From Nostoc sp. DedSLP01 (GTDB taxonomy: Bacteria > Cyanobacteriota > Cyanobacteriia > Cyanobacteriales > Nostocaceae): 64,000 nucleotides of DNA. The stretch covers positions 64,001 to 128,000 of the forward strand of contig JAVRCJ020000004.1 of NCBI GenBank assembly GCA_034530875.2, given 5' to 3'. Numbering within the stretch: the stretch's first letter is position 1; each line of letters starts with the position of its first letter. Made by a program: the position numbers and the translations under genes. Shown here piece by piece: positions 41,524 to 51,902 of the stretch. The notes under the pieces were generated by a model. That model ran no database searches and was not told the origin of the DNA. It was given only the letters and a program-made list of their open reading frames with translations.

Positions 41524-42792
41524 CTACATACCGCGATCGCGTTCTAAATCTTCAATTACTTTTTGCAAATACCACTCATCTGACATCCCCGGATAATAAT
41601 CCTGTTTCTGTTCGATTAATCTTTCGGCGATTTCCCAATATCCCCCCACCATTCGCAAAAGTCGCTGACGTAGTAAGTTATAATTTTGTTTTTTGGGCTC
41701 TGGAGTAAATTTTTGAATTTGTTCTAGGTTATTTAAGACTTGTTGATAATTTCCCCAGTCTTCTTGTTCGCAAAAAATACTCGCCGCACGTTGATAATTC
41801 TCCACAGCATTTTGCATTTCTTCGATGCAAGAATAGGCGATGCCGCGATTGTAGTAGGCTTGAGCATCATTAGGATTAATTTGTAATGCTTGGGTGTAAT
41901 CTTGAATCGCACCGAGATAGTTGCCCATTGCTCGATAAGCATTACCTCTGGCAATATAAACTAAGGGATCTTCAGGTTGCATCTGGAGTGCTTGATTGAG
42001 ATCTGCGATCGCTCCTTGATGATCTCCCAATACAGAACGTGCTTTGCCGCGATTGCGATAGACAATGGCATCGTCAAAATTTAGTTTCAATGCTTGATTA
42101 AAATCTGCGATCGCTTCTCGATAATTCCCCATTTTACAGCGGACAACGCCACGACAGCAGTAGGCTTGGGCATCTTGAGGATCGGCTTTCAATATCCAGT
42201 TCAAATCTGCAAGCGCCTCTTGGGTATCTCCTTTTTCAGCCTTTTCTAATAATTGGGCGAAATATTCTTTTGTAGATAAAATCGGCGCGTTTGTAGAAGC
42301 CGATGGCTGTACGCTAGGCAATTCTTGGGGTTGTAGCTGTTTAATTTGTTCCAGGCACAGGCGACAATTCTCTTTGTCTTGCTGGTCTAGATATAAACTA
42401 GCGGCTCTTTTAAAGTTAGCGATCGCATCTTCAATATAACCCTGTTTGCGCCGGACTATTCCCCGCAGCTGATAAGCAGCAGCATAATTGGCATTGAAAC
42501 GAATAGCGCGTTCAACATCATCCAACGCACCGGGCAAATTTTTCAGCGCCAGCCTTGCTAATGCACGACAATAATATGCTTCTACACATTCAGGATTCAG
42601 CTTCAGTGCTTCAGTATAATCTGAGACAGCCTTTAAGATTACTCCTGAGTCGTAGTAGGCTAAACCCCGTTGCAAATAAGCTTCGGTAAAATAAGGGGTT
42701 AATTGTAAAGCATGGCTAAATTCCTCAATTGCGCCAGCGTAGTCTTTTCGTTTAGCCTTTTCCAATCCCCTATTGTAAAATTCATCATTCAT
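41524..42792 (-). CDS. Tetratricopeptide repeat protein
   Basis: Multiple AY..RG......G....AI.D...AL..NP repeats in two blocks. Confidence 0.92.
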   Translation of the reverse strand: MNDEFYNRGLEKAKRKDYAGAIEEFSHALQLTPYFTEAYLQRGLAYYDSGVILKAVSDYTEALKLNPECVEAYYCRALARLALKNLPGALDDVERAIRFNANYAAAYQLRGIVRRKQGYIEDAIANFKRAASLYLDQQDKENCRLCLEQIKQLQPQELPSVQPSASTNAPILSTKEYFAQLLEKAEKGDTQEALADLNWILKADPQDAQAYCCRGVVRCKMGNYREAIADFNQALKLNFDDAIVYRNRGKARSVLGDHQGAIADLNQALQMQPEDPLVYIARGNAYRAMGNYLGAIQDYTQALQINPNDAQAYYNRGIAYSCIEEMQNAVENYQRAASIFCEQEDWGNYQQVLNNLEQIQKFTPEPKKQNYNLLRQRLLRMVGGYWEIAERLIEQKQDYYPGMSDEWYLQKVIEDLERDRGM

Positions 42793-43034
42793 AGCGTTTG
42801 TTTGGTTAATTTAGTTAATTAAATTCCAATAGGCTTGCTTTTTAGCCTCACTTTGCTATTCACCATTGATATTCTAAGTATTCAACATAGTTTTGCTAGA
42901 TTTCGTAATTTTATGTGAAATAAAATAGACAGACATCTGTATTTTTCCCAAAATCTACCTAGAGATATTTTCTATTTAGAAGCTATTGCAATTAAGCTGA
43001 CAAAGAAACGCATAGCTTTTCTATATTTTGCTAT

Positions 43035-44333
43035 ATGGTAGATATTTATATTGTTGACCTATTTGTAATTGGTCTACTGTTACTAACGGTCACCTTAGGC
43101 TCTGGTTGGATTTCTCGATTACCTCTTTCTTTTGCGATTATCTATCTAATTGTTGGTATTGTGTTAGGGCCTTATGGCTTTGGACTGATTCAACTGCGTC
43201 GAGATGAAGTCTTCAACGCTGAATTGCTAGAAAAGGTTACAGAATTAGTAGTAATTATTTCTGTGTTTAGCTGCGGTTTAAGGATTGTTCGTCCTCTGAG
43301 GCTAGAAGTTTGGGGAATTACAGCCAGATTAATCGGATTTTTAATGCCAATTTCAATTTTTGCCTTAGCTGGTGTAGGTAAATTCTTTTTAGGTATGAAT
43401 TGGGGAGAAGCAATTTTATTAGGAGCAATTCTCGCCCCAACGGATCCTGTATTAGCTTCCGAAGTTCAATTGACTGATGTTAGGGATAAAGATGAGTTAC
43501 GTTTTGGCTTAACTTCTGAGGGTGGGTTGAATGATGCTTTAGCTTTTCCCTTTGTTTATTTTGGGATTTATGCTCTCAAAAATGACAATTGGGGCGACTG
43601 GTTTAAACAGTGGGTTTTAGTTGATTTAATTTGGGCGATCGCAGCTGGTATTGTAATGGGATTTGTTGTCGCTAAAGCAGTAGTTTGGTTAGATCAAAAA
43701 ATTCAAAAACGCCGTCAGGTTGACGAATTAATGGAAGATTTTGTGGCGATCGCTACAATTTTGTTAACTTATTCTTTGACAGAAATTGTTAATGGTTATG
43801 GGTTTTTAGCAGTATTTGTTGCTGGGTTAGTCGTTCAGCGCAGTTACAGAAATCCTGATAAACCATTAGAACAATTAGAATTTATCGAGCGAATGGAAAA
43901 GCTCTTAGAAATTGGGACAATTTTGTTACTGGGGTCGATATTATTAGTCAAGCCCATGTTAACCTACGCGGCTCAATCTTTGTTAGTGATATTTTTGTTA
44001 TTTGTTATTATCCGACCTTTAGGAGTTTGGATTAGTACAATCGGAAAACGTCCTATATATTCTCACCGTCGCACCTTAAATCCAGGGACGCGTTTGTTAT
44101 TCGGTTGGTTTGGGATTCGCGGTGTTGGTTCTTTATACTATCTTGCTTATGCTTTTGGTAAAGGCTTAGAAGGCCAAGTTGCAGAACAAATTTCCTGGAT
44201 AACTTACACTACTATTGTAGTTTCTGTGATTGTACATGGAATTAGTGCAACTCCTTTAATGAAGTGGTATGAAGACCGGATTGCCAAGTATGCAAAACCT
44301 AGCCCTCCTGATACAATTGATGAGTTTGAGTAA
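43035..44333 (+). CDS. Cation:proton antiporter (CPA1/NhaP-like)
   Basis: LAPTDPVLA, SEGGLNDALAFP, WFGIRGVGSLYY; about 12 TM helices. Confidence 0.9.
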   Translation: MVDIYIVDLFVIGLLLLTVTLGSGWISRLPLSFAIIYLIVGIVLGPYGFGLIQLRRDEVFNAELLEKVTELVVIISVFSCGLRIVRPLRLEVWGITARLIGFLMPISIFALAGVGKFFLGMNWGEAILLGAILAPTDPVLASEVQLTDVRDKDELRFGLTSEGGLNDALAFPFVYFGIYALKNDNWGDWFKQWVLVDLIWAIAAGIVMGFVVAKAVVWLDQKIQKRRQVDELMEDFVAIATILLTYSLTEIVNGYGFLAVFVAGLVVQRSYRNPDKPLEQLEFIERMEKLLEIGTILLLGSILLVKPMLTYAAQSLLVIFLLFVIIRPLGVWISTIGKRPIYSHRRTLNPGTRLLFGWFGIRGVGSLYYLAYAFGKGLEGQVAEQISWITYTTIVVSVIVHGISATPLMKWYEDRIAKYAKPSPPDTIDEFE

Positions 44334-44385
44334 AAATAAATTAGAATTCATAATTGAATAAATAAAGTAGGAGCGCACAGCTGTG

Positions 44386-44578
44386 CATTGGTGTCAACTT
44401 AAGCTCAAACTCTTGCTCCACAATCGTTTTACCCCACCCCCAACCCCTCCCCTTGCCAAGGGGAGGGGAGGTTTTGCGTCAGCAAAGCCGGGGTGGGGTA
44501 ACGCGGATCTTGATAGTAAGTGAGTAAAACTCGCTCATCAAGTTTTCATCAGTGTTTCACCTGAAGTTGACAGCAATG
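44386..44578. mobile_element. MITE with CATTGGTGTCAACTT TIRs inserted into a GTAG-type palindrome
   Basis: CACAGCTGTG|CATTGGTGTCAACTTAAG...CTGAAGTTGACAGCAATG|CACAGCTGTA, flanked by GTAGGAGCG and GCCCCTAC. Confidence 0.82.
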
Positions 44579-44713
44579 CACAGCTGTAAAGCCCCTACAA
44601 CGATTTAATTTTTAAAGGTGGTATTCGATTTAATTGAAAACCAATATAGAAACAATGAAGAGACAAAAAACACTAATATAAATTCTTATTGTCTCTCACT
44701 TTTTCTACTATTT

Positions 44714-45097
44714 TTACTTACCTGTCACCTTTTCAACTATCTCTCCAGCTTTATCAATTAAATTAGGTTCAGAATTTCCTTCAGCTTTCAAATTCCTTTC
44801 GTAAGCCTTCTCTAGAGTTCCAAGATTTTGAGAATCTTTCACTGCTTGTTCGTAAGCTTCTTGTCGTGATTCTTCTTGCACGCCAACGCCTGGATCGTAT
44901 TCGTTAGCACGATTAATTTTTTCTTCTGAAGTTGGTTTATATTCTGGAGGTATTAGCTTTAATTCTTCAAGAGTAGTTGCATAACTAGCTTGCTGAATGA
45001 AAATGAACGAACCAGATAAGCTAATGAAAATCATTAAGCTAACAATCAAGAAGCTTGAACGTAAAGCTTTTTTCAAAGTTAATAGAATTTTTGGCAT
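44714..45097 (-). CDS. Hypothetical exported/membrane-anchored protein
   Basis: Signal-like N-terminus ending ASYA; acidic helical body. Confidence 0.65.
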   Translation of the reverse strand: MPKILLTLKKALRSSFLIVSLMIFISLSGSFIFIQQASYATTLEELKLIPPEYKPTSEEKINRANEYDPGVGVQEESRQEAYEQAVKDSQNLGTLEKAYERNLKAEGNSEPNLIDKAGEIVEKVTGK

Positions 45098-45237
45098 GGT
45101 AAACTCTCCTAATTTAGCGATTTTTTACTTTAAGCCTTGGTTATGTCTGTATAATATAGACTCCATATTTCAGGCTCAAAGGCATCCTAATTGTTTAGAT
45201 AAAGTTTTCCTTCTACCGCGAGATATATTAATTTTAT

Positions 45238-46344
45238 TTATAACCAATTGTGATGAATTTTAATTCCTCGGTTTTGCATCGTATATTCAAATAAATCTGT
45301 TGGTAAAGCTTCTTCTACAGGATAAACTCCTGGTTTCTTGAGTTTACCTTCTAGCAATAATTGGGCAATACTTCCAGTCCCACAACCAGATGCAACTGCT
45401 GTATTGTCATGTACTAAATTTGAACAATAAACGGCTGTTTTACCATTTTTTTGTCCTGTAACTTCCGAACGAACTGCGACGCCAATACCACTAAAAGTAT
45501 CGGTGAAATCTGTCATCGTATGGCTGACATGAGAGAGAAATTCAATCGCAGAACGGCGCTGCATTAACCATTTAGGGAAAATATGTGCTGCAATCCAAGT
45601 GAGGTGATTGTAAAAATCCGGTACAGAACCAAATTTAGTAATTACAGTTTTTACTGATGGAAATGCATGAGGCAAGGTAAAGGTTTCTGGCATATCAAAC
45701 CAGTAAACTCCAGTGGCTTTATAAGGAGGTAGAAATTCAATTGTTTCTCTTTCGCTATAAGGCTTGACTATCTCCCATTTGCCATTTATCCAAGCTTCAA
45801 AAGGATGTTGCAATCCTAAAAAAGTTGTTCGCATGACTGTAATGCCAGCACCACCAGACCCAGAAACTAAATAACTTAAATGAATCTTTTCTGGTTTATC
45901 AAATTGTTCGATGTCCTGACGTACCATGCTGTTAGAAATGCCAGGAAAAATACCAGTATTAATAATCGCTGTCACTCCAGCAGCAGCAGCTTGTTCGTGA
46001 TAATTGAGAGCTTTACTAGTATAAGAACGGTGGTCGCTGACATCTAGATAGTTAACGCCTTGAGCAATACACGTTTCAAGAACATTAGTATCTCGATAAT
46101 GAAACGGCCCGGCACAGTGGATGACTAAATTAGAATTGGCGATCGCTTCTCTTAACTTATCAACTTCTGCTAAATCTAATATTAAAAACTCTATTTGCCC
46201 TCCTGAAGATAAGCTAGCGCTTTTCTCAGTTTCGGCAGAACGTCCAGTAATTGTAATTTGTGCTTGCGTATAGTTAGCTAGATCTTGAGCAACACTGCTA
46301 CCAATGCGCCCCCGTCCGCCAAGGATTAAAACTCTGTCTGTCAT
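45238..46344 (-). CDS. Saccharopine dehydrogenase-like oxidoreductase
   Basis: LILGGRGRIG, HCAGPF, YLDVSD, TGIFPGISN. Confidence 0.88.
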   Translation of the reverse strand: MTDRVLILGGRGRIGSSVAQDLANYTQAQITITGRSAETEKSASLSSGGQIEFLILDLAEVDKLREAIANSNLVIHCAGPFHYRDTNVLETCIAQGVNYLDVSDHRSYTSKALNYHEQAAAAGVTAIINTGIFPGISNSMVRQDIEQFDKPEKIHLSYLVSGSGGAGITVMRTTFLGLQHPFEAWINGKWEIVKPYSERETIEFLPPYKATGVYWFDMPETFTLPHAFPSVKTVITKFGSVPDFYNHLTWIAAHIFPKWLMQRRSAIEFLSHVSHTMTDFTDTFSGIGVAVRSEVTGQKNGKTAVYCSNLVHDNTAVASGCGTGSIAQLLLEGKLKKPGVYPVEEALPTDLFEYTMQNRGIKIHHNWL

Positions 46345-46475
46345 TACTCCAGGATTAGCAACATTAACTTTATTTCATCAGTTTTCTGTGCTGTTTGTCA
46401 TCAGTTATAAGTCTGATTTATATTAGTTGATGAAATTATTGCTAGAGATAGTTTATGGAGTAGGACTTCTGTGCG

Positions 46476-47993
46476 TTAATATATTTGCGCTTCAATTTGT
46501 CTGACTACCGTTAGCGCCGAATAACTCACCCCTGCGGTACCTTCGCCGGGATGGGTAGAGTCGCCGACTAACCACAGATTTTGGATTGGTGTACGATTGG
46601 CAAAACCAAAGGGGCCAAAAGTGGGGATTCTTTGACCGATACCGCCAACTATACCGCGATCGCGTCCTGTGTAATCTGCAAAGGTGCGCGGCGTTGCGGC
46701 TTCTACGTGAATAATCGTTTCTGGTTTGAGATAAAAGTATTCGGCAAGACGGGCGATCGCTTGTTGGGTATACTTTTGTTTTAATCCTGGATAATCTTGA
46801 GTTTTCCACCACGGTGTGGGATCGACAAATGATGAAGCGATAATTGTCGCTTTACCTTCCGGGGCGCGACCATCTCCAGGATGACTCACGGAAACAAATA
46901 AGGAATTATTCTCGCCGATGGGGCCATTGGCATCATACATAAATTGCAGATGTGGCGGACATTCCAGAGGAATAGCACTCGCGTCTACACCCAAATACAC
47001 CACAAACGCGCCCGATGCTTGGGGTAGTTTTTTAACTCTATTTTTATAACCAGATGGTGCTTTTTCTCCTAATAATTGCACCAAGTTTTGTACGGTGACG
47101 TTGCTAACTATATGGTCGGCTGCTTCTGTCCAAACTTCGCCGGTTTTCTGATTTCTGATAACTACACCAGTAGCTTTACCATTTTCTACTTTAATTTGTT
47201 CGACGGTGTGGCGCATTAATAATTTGCCGCCATCTCGTTTTAAGCATTCTACCAAGCGATCGCTTAATACTTGCATACTACCTTGGAGATGAAATAATCC
47301 TTGGGGCAGTTGCGATACACTCAAGGCTGTGGCAGCGTAAAGTAATGCTGTTTCCTCTGCATTTACTTGGGAATACAACTTTAGTTGCAAATCTAAAAAC
47401 GTTCTCAGGCGTCGGTCATTTTCCAGTCCGCATAACCTTAAAGCATCTCCCACCGTCGAAAAAGTGAAGGGTACGGTAATTAATGTATTGGGACGTAGTG
47501 CTTGCGTTAGCTGCCATAAATCCCATAAATTCCGCGGTGGTAGCACTGGGTCGCGTCCTTGAAATTCCCAACTGGCATTAAATAAAGTTGCCATTAATTG
47601 CCAGAATGGTTCGCTACCAGGAAACTGCTTTTGTCGTTCCTCCCGCCATTTCTCTGGGTCGCGCCAAACGTTAATCGGCGTACTTTCTCCAGGTAAATAC
47701 ACCGCACAAGCAGGATCGCATGGTGTAGCTTCTGGTAAATCTATTTCTAATTCTGAGAAAATCCGGTGATGAATTCCTCCCGGTTCCAAACCTGCTACTT
47801 GGGTTGCACCGACATCAAAGGTAAATCCTTGGCGTTTAAATGTAGATGCACAGCCTCCTGGTACGATCGCTCCATCTAAGATTAAAACGCTATAACCTCT
47901 ATGGGCTAATAATGCCGCAGCAGTCAGTCCACCGATTCCCGCACCAATGACGAGGACACGAGATTTAGTTTTCTCAACAGAAATCTTGGACAT
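46476..47993 (-). CDS. crtD: Carotenoid C-3',4' desaturase CrtD
   Basis: VIGAGIGGL, FDVGATQVAGLEPGGIH, VGDSTHPGEGTAGVSYSA. Confidence 0.85.
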   Translation of the reverse strand: MSKISVEKTKSRVLVIGAGIGGLTAAALLAHRGYSVLILDGAIVPGGCASTFKRQGFTFDVGATQVAGLEPGGIHHRIFSELEIDLPEATPCDPACAVYLPGESTPINVWRDPEKWREERQKQFPGSEPFWQLMATLFNASWEFQGRDPVLPPRNLWDLWQLTQALRPNTLITVPFTFSTVGDALRLCGLENDRRLRTFLDLQLKLYSQVNAEETALLYAATALSVSQLPQGLFHLQGSMQVLSDRLVECLKRDGGKLLMRHTVEQIKVENGKATGVVIRNQKTGEVWTEAADHIVSNVTVQNLVQLLGEKAPSGYKNRVKKLPQASGAFVVYLGVDASAIPLECPPHLQFMYDANGPIGENNSLFVSVSHPGDGRAPEGKATIIASSFVDPTPWWKTQDYPGLKQKYTQQAIARLAEYFYLKPETIIHVEAATPRTFADYTGRDRGIVGGIGQRIPTFGPFGFANRTPIQNLWLVGDSTHPGEGTAGVSYSALTVVRQIEAQIY

Positions 47994-48080
47994 TGATACT
48001 TATTCTTTATAATTCTTAACATTACTACTTATAATATTACAGCGTTTTTCATCTATTTGGACTTGAATTACATATCCGCC

Positions 48081-48283
48081 TTGCAATGCGATCGCATCGG
48101 CTTGCAATTTAATTGCATCGACCTGCAATTTAATTGCATCGACCTGCAATACGATTGCATCGACCTGCAATACGATTGCATCGGCTTGCAATGCGATTGC
48201 ATCGACCTGCAATGCGATTGCATCGACATGCAATACGATTACATCGACCTGCAATGCGATTGCATCGACATGCAATTTGATTG
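48081..48283. repeat. 21-nt tandem repeat, nine units plus a partial unit
   Basis: Consensus YTGCAATRCGATTGCATCGAC; reads (LQVDAIA)n in minus-strand ORF 48000-48311. Confidence 0.92.
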
Positions 48284-48516
48284 GGGTCTTGTCATTGCAG
48301 AAGAAATGCAACCAACTGTGGACTTATCTTTGTGGTAGATAGGTATACTCAACAAATAATCGCTATCCAACAAGATCGCTCACTTTTATCTGCTCTCTGA
48401 AAATTACGTTACTCCCCTACGCAGTACTTTATTAGCAGCCAGATTTGATGCGATAATTAGATGCTGAGAGCGAGCAAGATTGAAGTCTTGCCCACTCTGC
48501 TCGGCTTGCCCCATTT

Positions 48517-49011
48517 TTAGTCTGAGATTCGGCTCCATGTGGGAGCGATTAACTGTCCAGCCAATCCTCCTTGTTTACCAACCGCAAAAACTTCGGTTGC
48601 TAGGAGTATTTTTGATTTTCTCTCAGTTTCGGAGATTATGAAATTATATGTGACCGTGCCGGTAGAGAACGGGATGGTAGCAACACCTGTACCATTTGTT
48701 GCCACTGAATAAGTTCCATTCACCACTGGAACATCGTTAATAATTCTAGAACAATTAGGGATTGGATTTTTACACGGTAAGTTCGCTATGATGTCCACCG
48801 TAAGTTTACCGTTTCCGTCAAACTTTATCGGGCCTAAGCTGGCAACATCACTACTGTTGTTGGTATAGGCATAATTCCCTTGAAGACTGGCTTTTGTGAA
48901 AGTCGCATTGCCATAGGCCATAGCAGACTGGGCAGTGTATATACCCACTACGACTAGAATTACTGCCAGTACCTTGAAAATATTCCTTATTTGAAGAAAT
49001 TTATTTTGCAT
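48517..49011 (-). CDS. Hypothetical secreted beta-rich protein
   Basis: Signal peptide ending SAMA; GTYSV..NGTG motif; one Cys pair. Confidence 0.7.
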   Translation of the reverse strand: MQNKFLQIRNIFKVLAVILVVVGIYTAQSAMAYGNATFTKASLQGNYAYTNNSSDVASLGPIKFDGNGKLTVDIIANLPCKNPIPNCSRIINDVPVVNGTYSVATNGTGVATIPFSTGTVTYNFIISETERKSKILLATEVFAVGKQGGLAGQLIAPTWSRISD

Positions 49012-49532
49012 TTTTCTTGCTTGTTCCTAAAGATTTTCAACAAATCACATTTTCTAGCAGCCAGCCAAACTATTTCTTTAGACTGACTTTATCGGTCTAA
49101 TACTCCTAATTTGGATGATTAGACAGAAATTTCGCACTCTAACATCCCCTAAACGGGGGATTAGACTGTGATTTGTCGAAACACTACCACTATTAAGTGA
49201 ATTAAACTGCAAAATTCCGTATTTCTTCCAATTGACATGACTGGATAATATACGCCAAATAATCAGTTGTATACGTATGTTGAACTGTCAGTTCGCTCAA
49301 TGATGAAGTAGAAAATCATGATTATGAGCATCCAGTGCTACTAATGCATTTACTAGAATTGAAAAGTGCGTAATCTTTCATCGTCACCAAAGATCGCCAA
49401 AATCTGACAAGAACGGTATTAACTTGCAAACATTAGCCAGTCACTGCCAGAGTAATGGTATAAATACCTGAAAACTCCTGTAAGTCGTAGATAAGATAAA
49501 GGAGTAATATAGCTCCTCCCACACAAGTAGCA

Positions 49533-50834
49533 ATGACCTCAACCTTGGACAAATTTTCTCGCCTGAATGCTCCAAACCTGCATAAATTGCCCAATGGTTT
49601 GACGATTGTAGCCGAACAGATGCCAGTTGATGCCGTGAACCTCAGCTTATGGATAAAAGTTGGTTCAGCTGTAGAATCTGATGCTATTAATGGCATGGCT
49701 CACTTTTTAGAACACATGATTTTTAAAGGAACAGAAAAACTGGCTAGCGGCGAATTTGAACGTCGAATTGAAGAACGCGGTGCTGTGACTAATGCTGCTA
49801 CTAGCCAAGACTATACTCATTACCATATAACTACTGCGCCTAAAGATTTTGCTGAGCTTGCTCCATTACAAATAGATGTAGTATGTAATGCGAGTATTCC
49901 TGACGAAGCCTTTGAACGCGAACGATTAGTAGTTCTCGAAGAAATTAAACGTTCGGAAGATAATCCCCGCCGCCGTACTTATAGAAGGGCGATGGAAACA
50001 GCATTCGACCGATTACCCTATCGCCGTCCGGTATTGGGGCCGGAAGAAGTAATCGCCGGACTTCAACCCCAGCAAATGCGGGATTTCCACGCTAGTTGGT
50101 ATCAACCAGAGTCAATTACTGCTGTAGCTGTGGGTAATTTGCCAGTAGAAGAATTAATTGCAACTGTTACCGAAAGCTTTACGCAAGTTGTTAAAACTCC
50201 CCACTCCCCATTGCGTACAGATGCGATGAATGGCGTCTCTACAAATTTAGCACTGATTCCTGAGGCACCATTTACAGAAATAGTCCGTCGGGAATTTATT
50301 GATGAAACCCTGCAACAAGCAAGGTTAGTGATGCTTTGGCGGGTTCCAGGAATAATTGAGCTAGAACAAACTTATGGGCTGGATGTTTTAGCAGCAATTT
50401 TGGCACACGGACGAACATCAAGACTGGTGAGAGATTTACGAGAAGAACGGGAATTAGTTTCTTCAATTTCAGCCAGCAACATTAGTCATCAGTTGCAGGG
50501 AACATTTTATATTTCAGCTAAATGTGCAGTGGAGAATTTAGCAGAAGTAGAAAGTGCGATCGCCCAACACATCCGCAGGTTACAAACAGAGTTAGTCACA
50601 GAATCAGAAATTGCCCGCGTGCGTCAGCGAGTAGCTAACAGATTTATCTTTGGTAACGAAACACCAAGCGATCGCGCCGGATTATATGGCTATTATCAAT
50701 CTTTAGTGGGAGATTTAGAACCTGGATTTAGCTACCCAGCGAAAATTCACAATCAAGATGCTGCTGACTTAATCCAAGCAGCCAAAGACTATCTTTCTCC
50801 AGATGCTTATGGTGTAGTTATATTAAAGCCGTAA
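49533..50834 (+). CDS. M16 zinc peptidase (second HxxEH-containing paralog)
   Basis: GMAHFLEHMIFKGT, NAATSQDYT, ERLVVLEE, GRTSRLV. Confidence 0.92.
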   Translation: MTSTLDKFSRLNAPNLHKLPNGLTIVAEQMPVDAVNLSLWIKVGSAVESDAINGMAHFLEHMIFKGTEKLASGEFERRIEERGAVTNAATSQDYTHYHITTAPKDFAELAPLQIDVVCNASIPDEAFERERLVVLEEIKRSEDNPRRRTYRRAMETAFDRLPYRRPVLGPEEVIAGLQPQQMRDFHASWYQPESITAVAVGNLPVEELIATVTESFTQVVKTPHSPLRTDAMNGVSTNLALIPEAPFTEIVRREFIDETLQQARLVMLWRVPGIIELEQTYGLDVLAAILAHGRTSRLVRDLREERELVSSISASNISHQLQGTFYISAKCAVENLAEVESAIAQHIRRLQTELVTESEIARVRQRVANRFIFGNETPSDRAGLYGYYQSLVGDLEPGFSYPAKIHNQDAADLIQAAKDYLSPDAYGVVILKP

Positions 50835-50837
50835 ATT

Positions 50838-50966
50838 GGGGAGTGGGGAGTAGGGAGTAGGGAATAGGGTATTAAGAGTGCTGGGTTAAGAGTTAAAAAT
50901 TATTATTCTTCTCCTACTCGCCCTAATTCTCCCACTCCCCAATCCCCAGTCCCCACTCCCCATTCT
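50838..50966. repeat. STRR cluster with inverted arms
   Basis: ggggagtggggagtagggagtagggaataggg ... ctccccactccccaatccccagtcccccactccccattctccc. Confidence 0.75.
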
Positions 50967-50974
50967 CCCTAACC

Positions 50975-51838
50975 ATGTGGAATCAAATCGACGCGCATAT
51001 TAGCAAAGTAACAGGTGAAAAATTTCAAAGTCAGCAACGGCGATCGGTTGGTGGCGGATGCATCAACCAAGGTTATGCTGTTTTTAATGGTGAAATAACG
51101 TATTTCGTTAAGATTAACCAAGCTTCGCAAGTGGCAATGTTTGAGGCTGAGGCGCTGGGTTTAGAGGAAATGCTACTAACAACTAGTATTCGCGTTCCTA
51201 AACCTATTTGCTGGGGTGTAGCCGATAATTCCGGTTATATTGTCCTGGAATGGTTGGAAATGGGAAGCGGTAACAGCAAATCATGGGAAGAGATGGGACG
51301 CAAGTTAGCGGCAATGCATAAAGCTAGCAGCGATCGAGGTTTTGGTTGGAAAATTAATAATACTATTGGTTCCACGCCTCAAATCAATACTTGGACAGCA
51401 GACTGGGTGGAATTTTATGTTAAACATCGCCTGGGTTATCAATTTCAATTAGCAAGGCGGCGCGGAGGTAATTTTCCTCAACAAGATAAGTTGTTAGCTG
51501 CAATTCCCGAATTGTTGGCAAACCATCAAGTGCAACCTGCTTTGGTACATGGCGATTTATGGGGCGGAAATGCTGGGTGTACTGTGTCGGGAGAACCTGT
51601 GATATTCGATCCAGCGACTTATTTTGGCGATCGCGAAGTCGATATTGCCATGACAGAATTATTTGGTGGTTTCCCAGCAGCATTTTACAAAGGTTATAAC
51701 GAAGTATTTCCTTTAGATGCTGGTTACGAGCAGAGAAAAATACTTTATAACCTGTATCACATTTTGAATCACTTCAATTTATTTGGTGGAGGTTATGCTT
51801 CTCAAGCCAACCGCACGATTGAGCAAATCTTGCGATGA
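50975..51838 (+). CDS. Fructosamine kinase family protein
   Basis: GGGCIN, FVK.N, LVHGDLWGGN, FDPATYFGDREVD. Confidence 0.92.
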   Translation: MWNQIDAHISKVTGEKFQSQQRRSVGGGCINQGYAVFNGEITYFVKINQASQVAMFEAEALGLEEMLLTTSIRVPKPICWGVADNSGYIVLEWLEMGSGNSKSWEEMGRKLAAMHKASSDRGFGWKINNTIGSTPQINTWTADWVEFYVKHRLGYQFQLARRRGGNFPQQDKLLAAIPELLANHQVQPALVHGDLWGGNAGCTVSGEPVIFDPATYFGDREVDIAMTELFGGFPAAFYKGYNEVFPLDAGYEQRKILYNLYHILNHFNLFGGGYASQANRTIEQILR

Positions 51839-51902
51839 ATAAAACTTAGAGGTTATAAAAAATAAATACATATTTATAAGTATTATTTTGCCTAGATTTA
51901 CT

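Noticed and set aside
48081..48283. 21-nt array as a mini-CRISPR
   Set aside because: Units are contiguous with no unique spacers.
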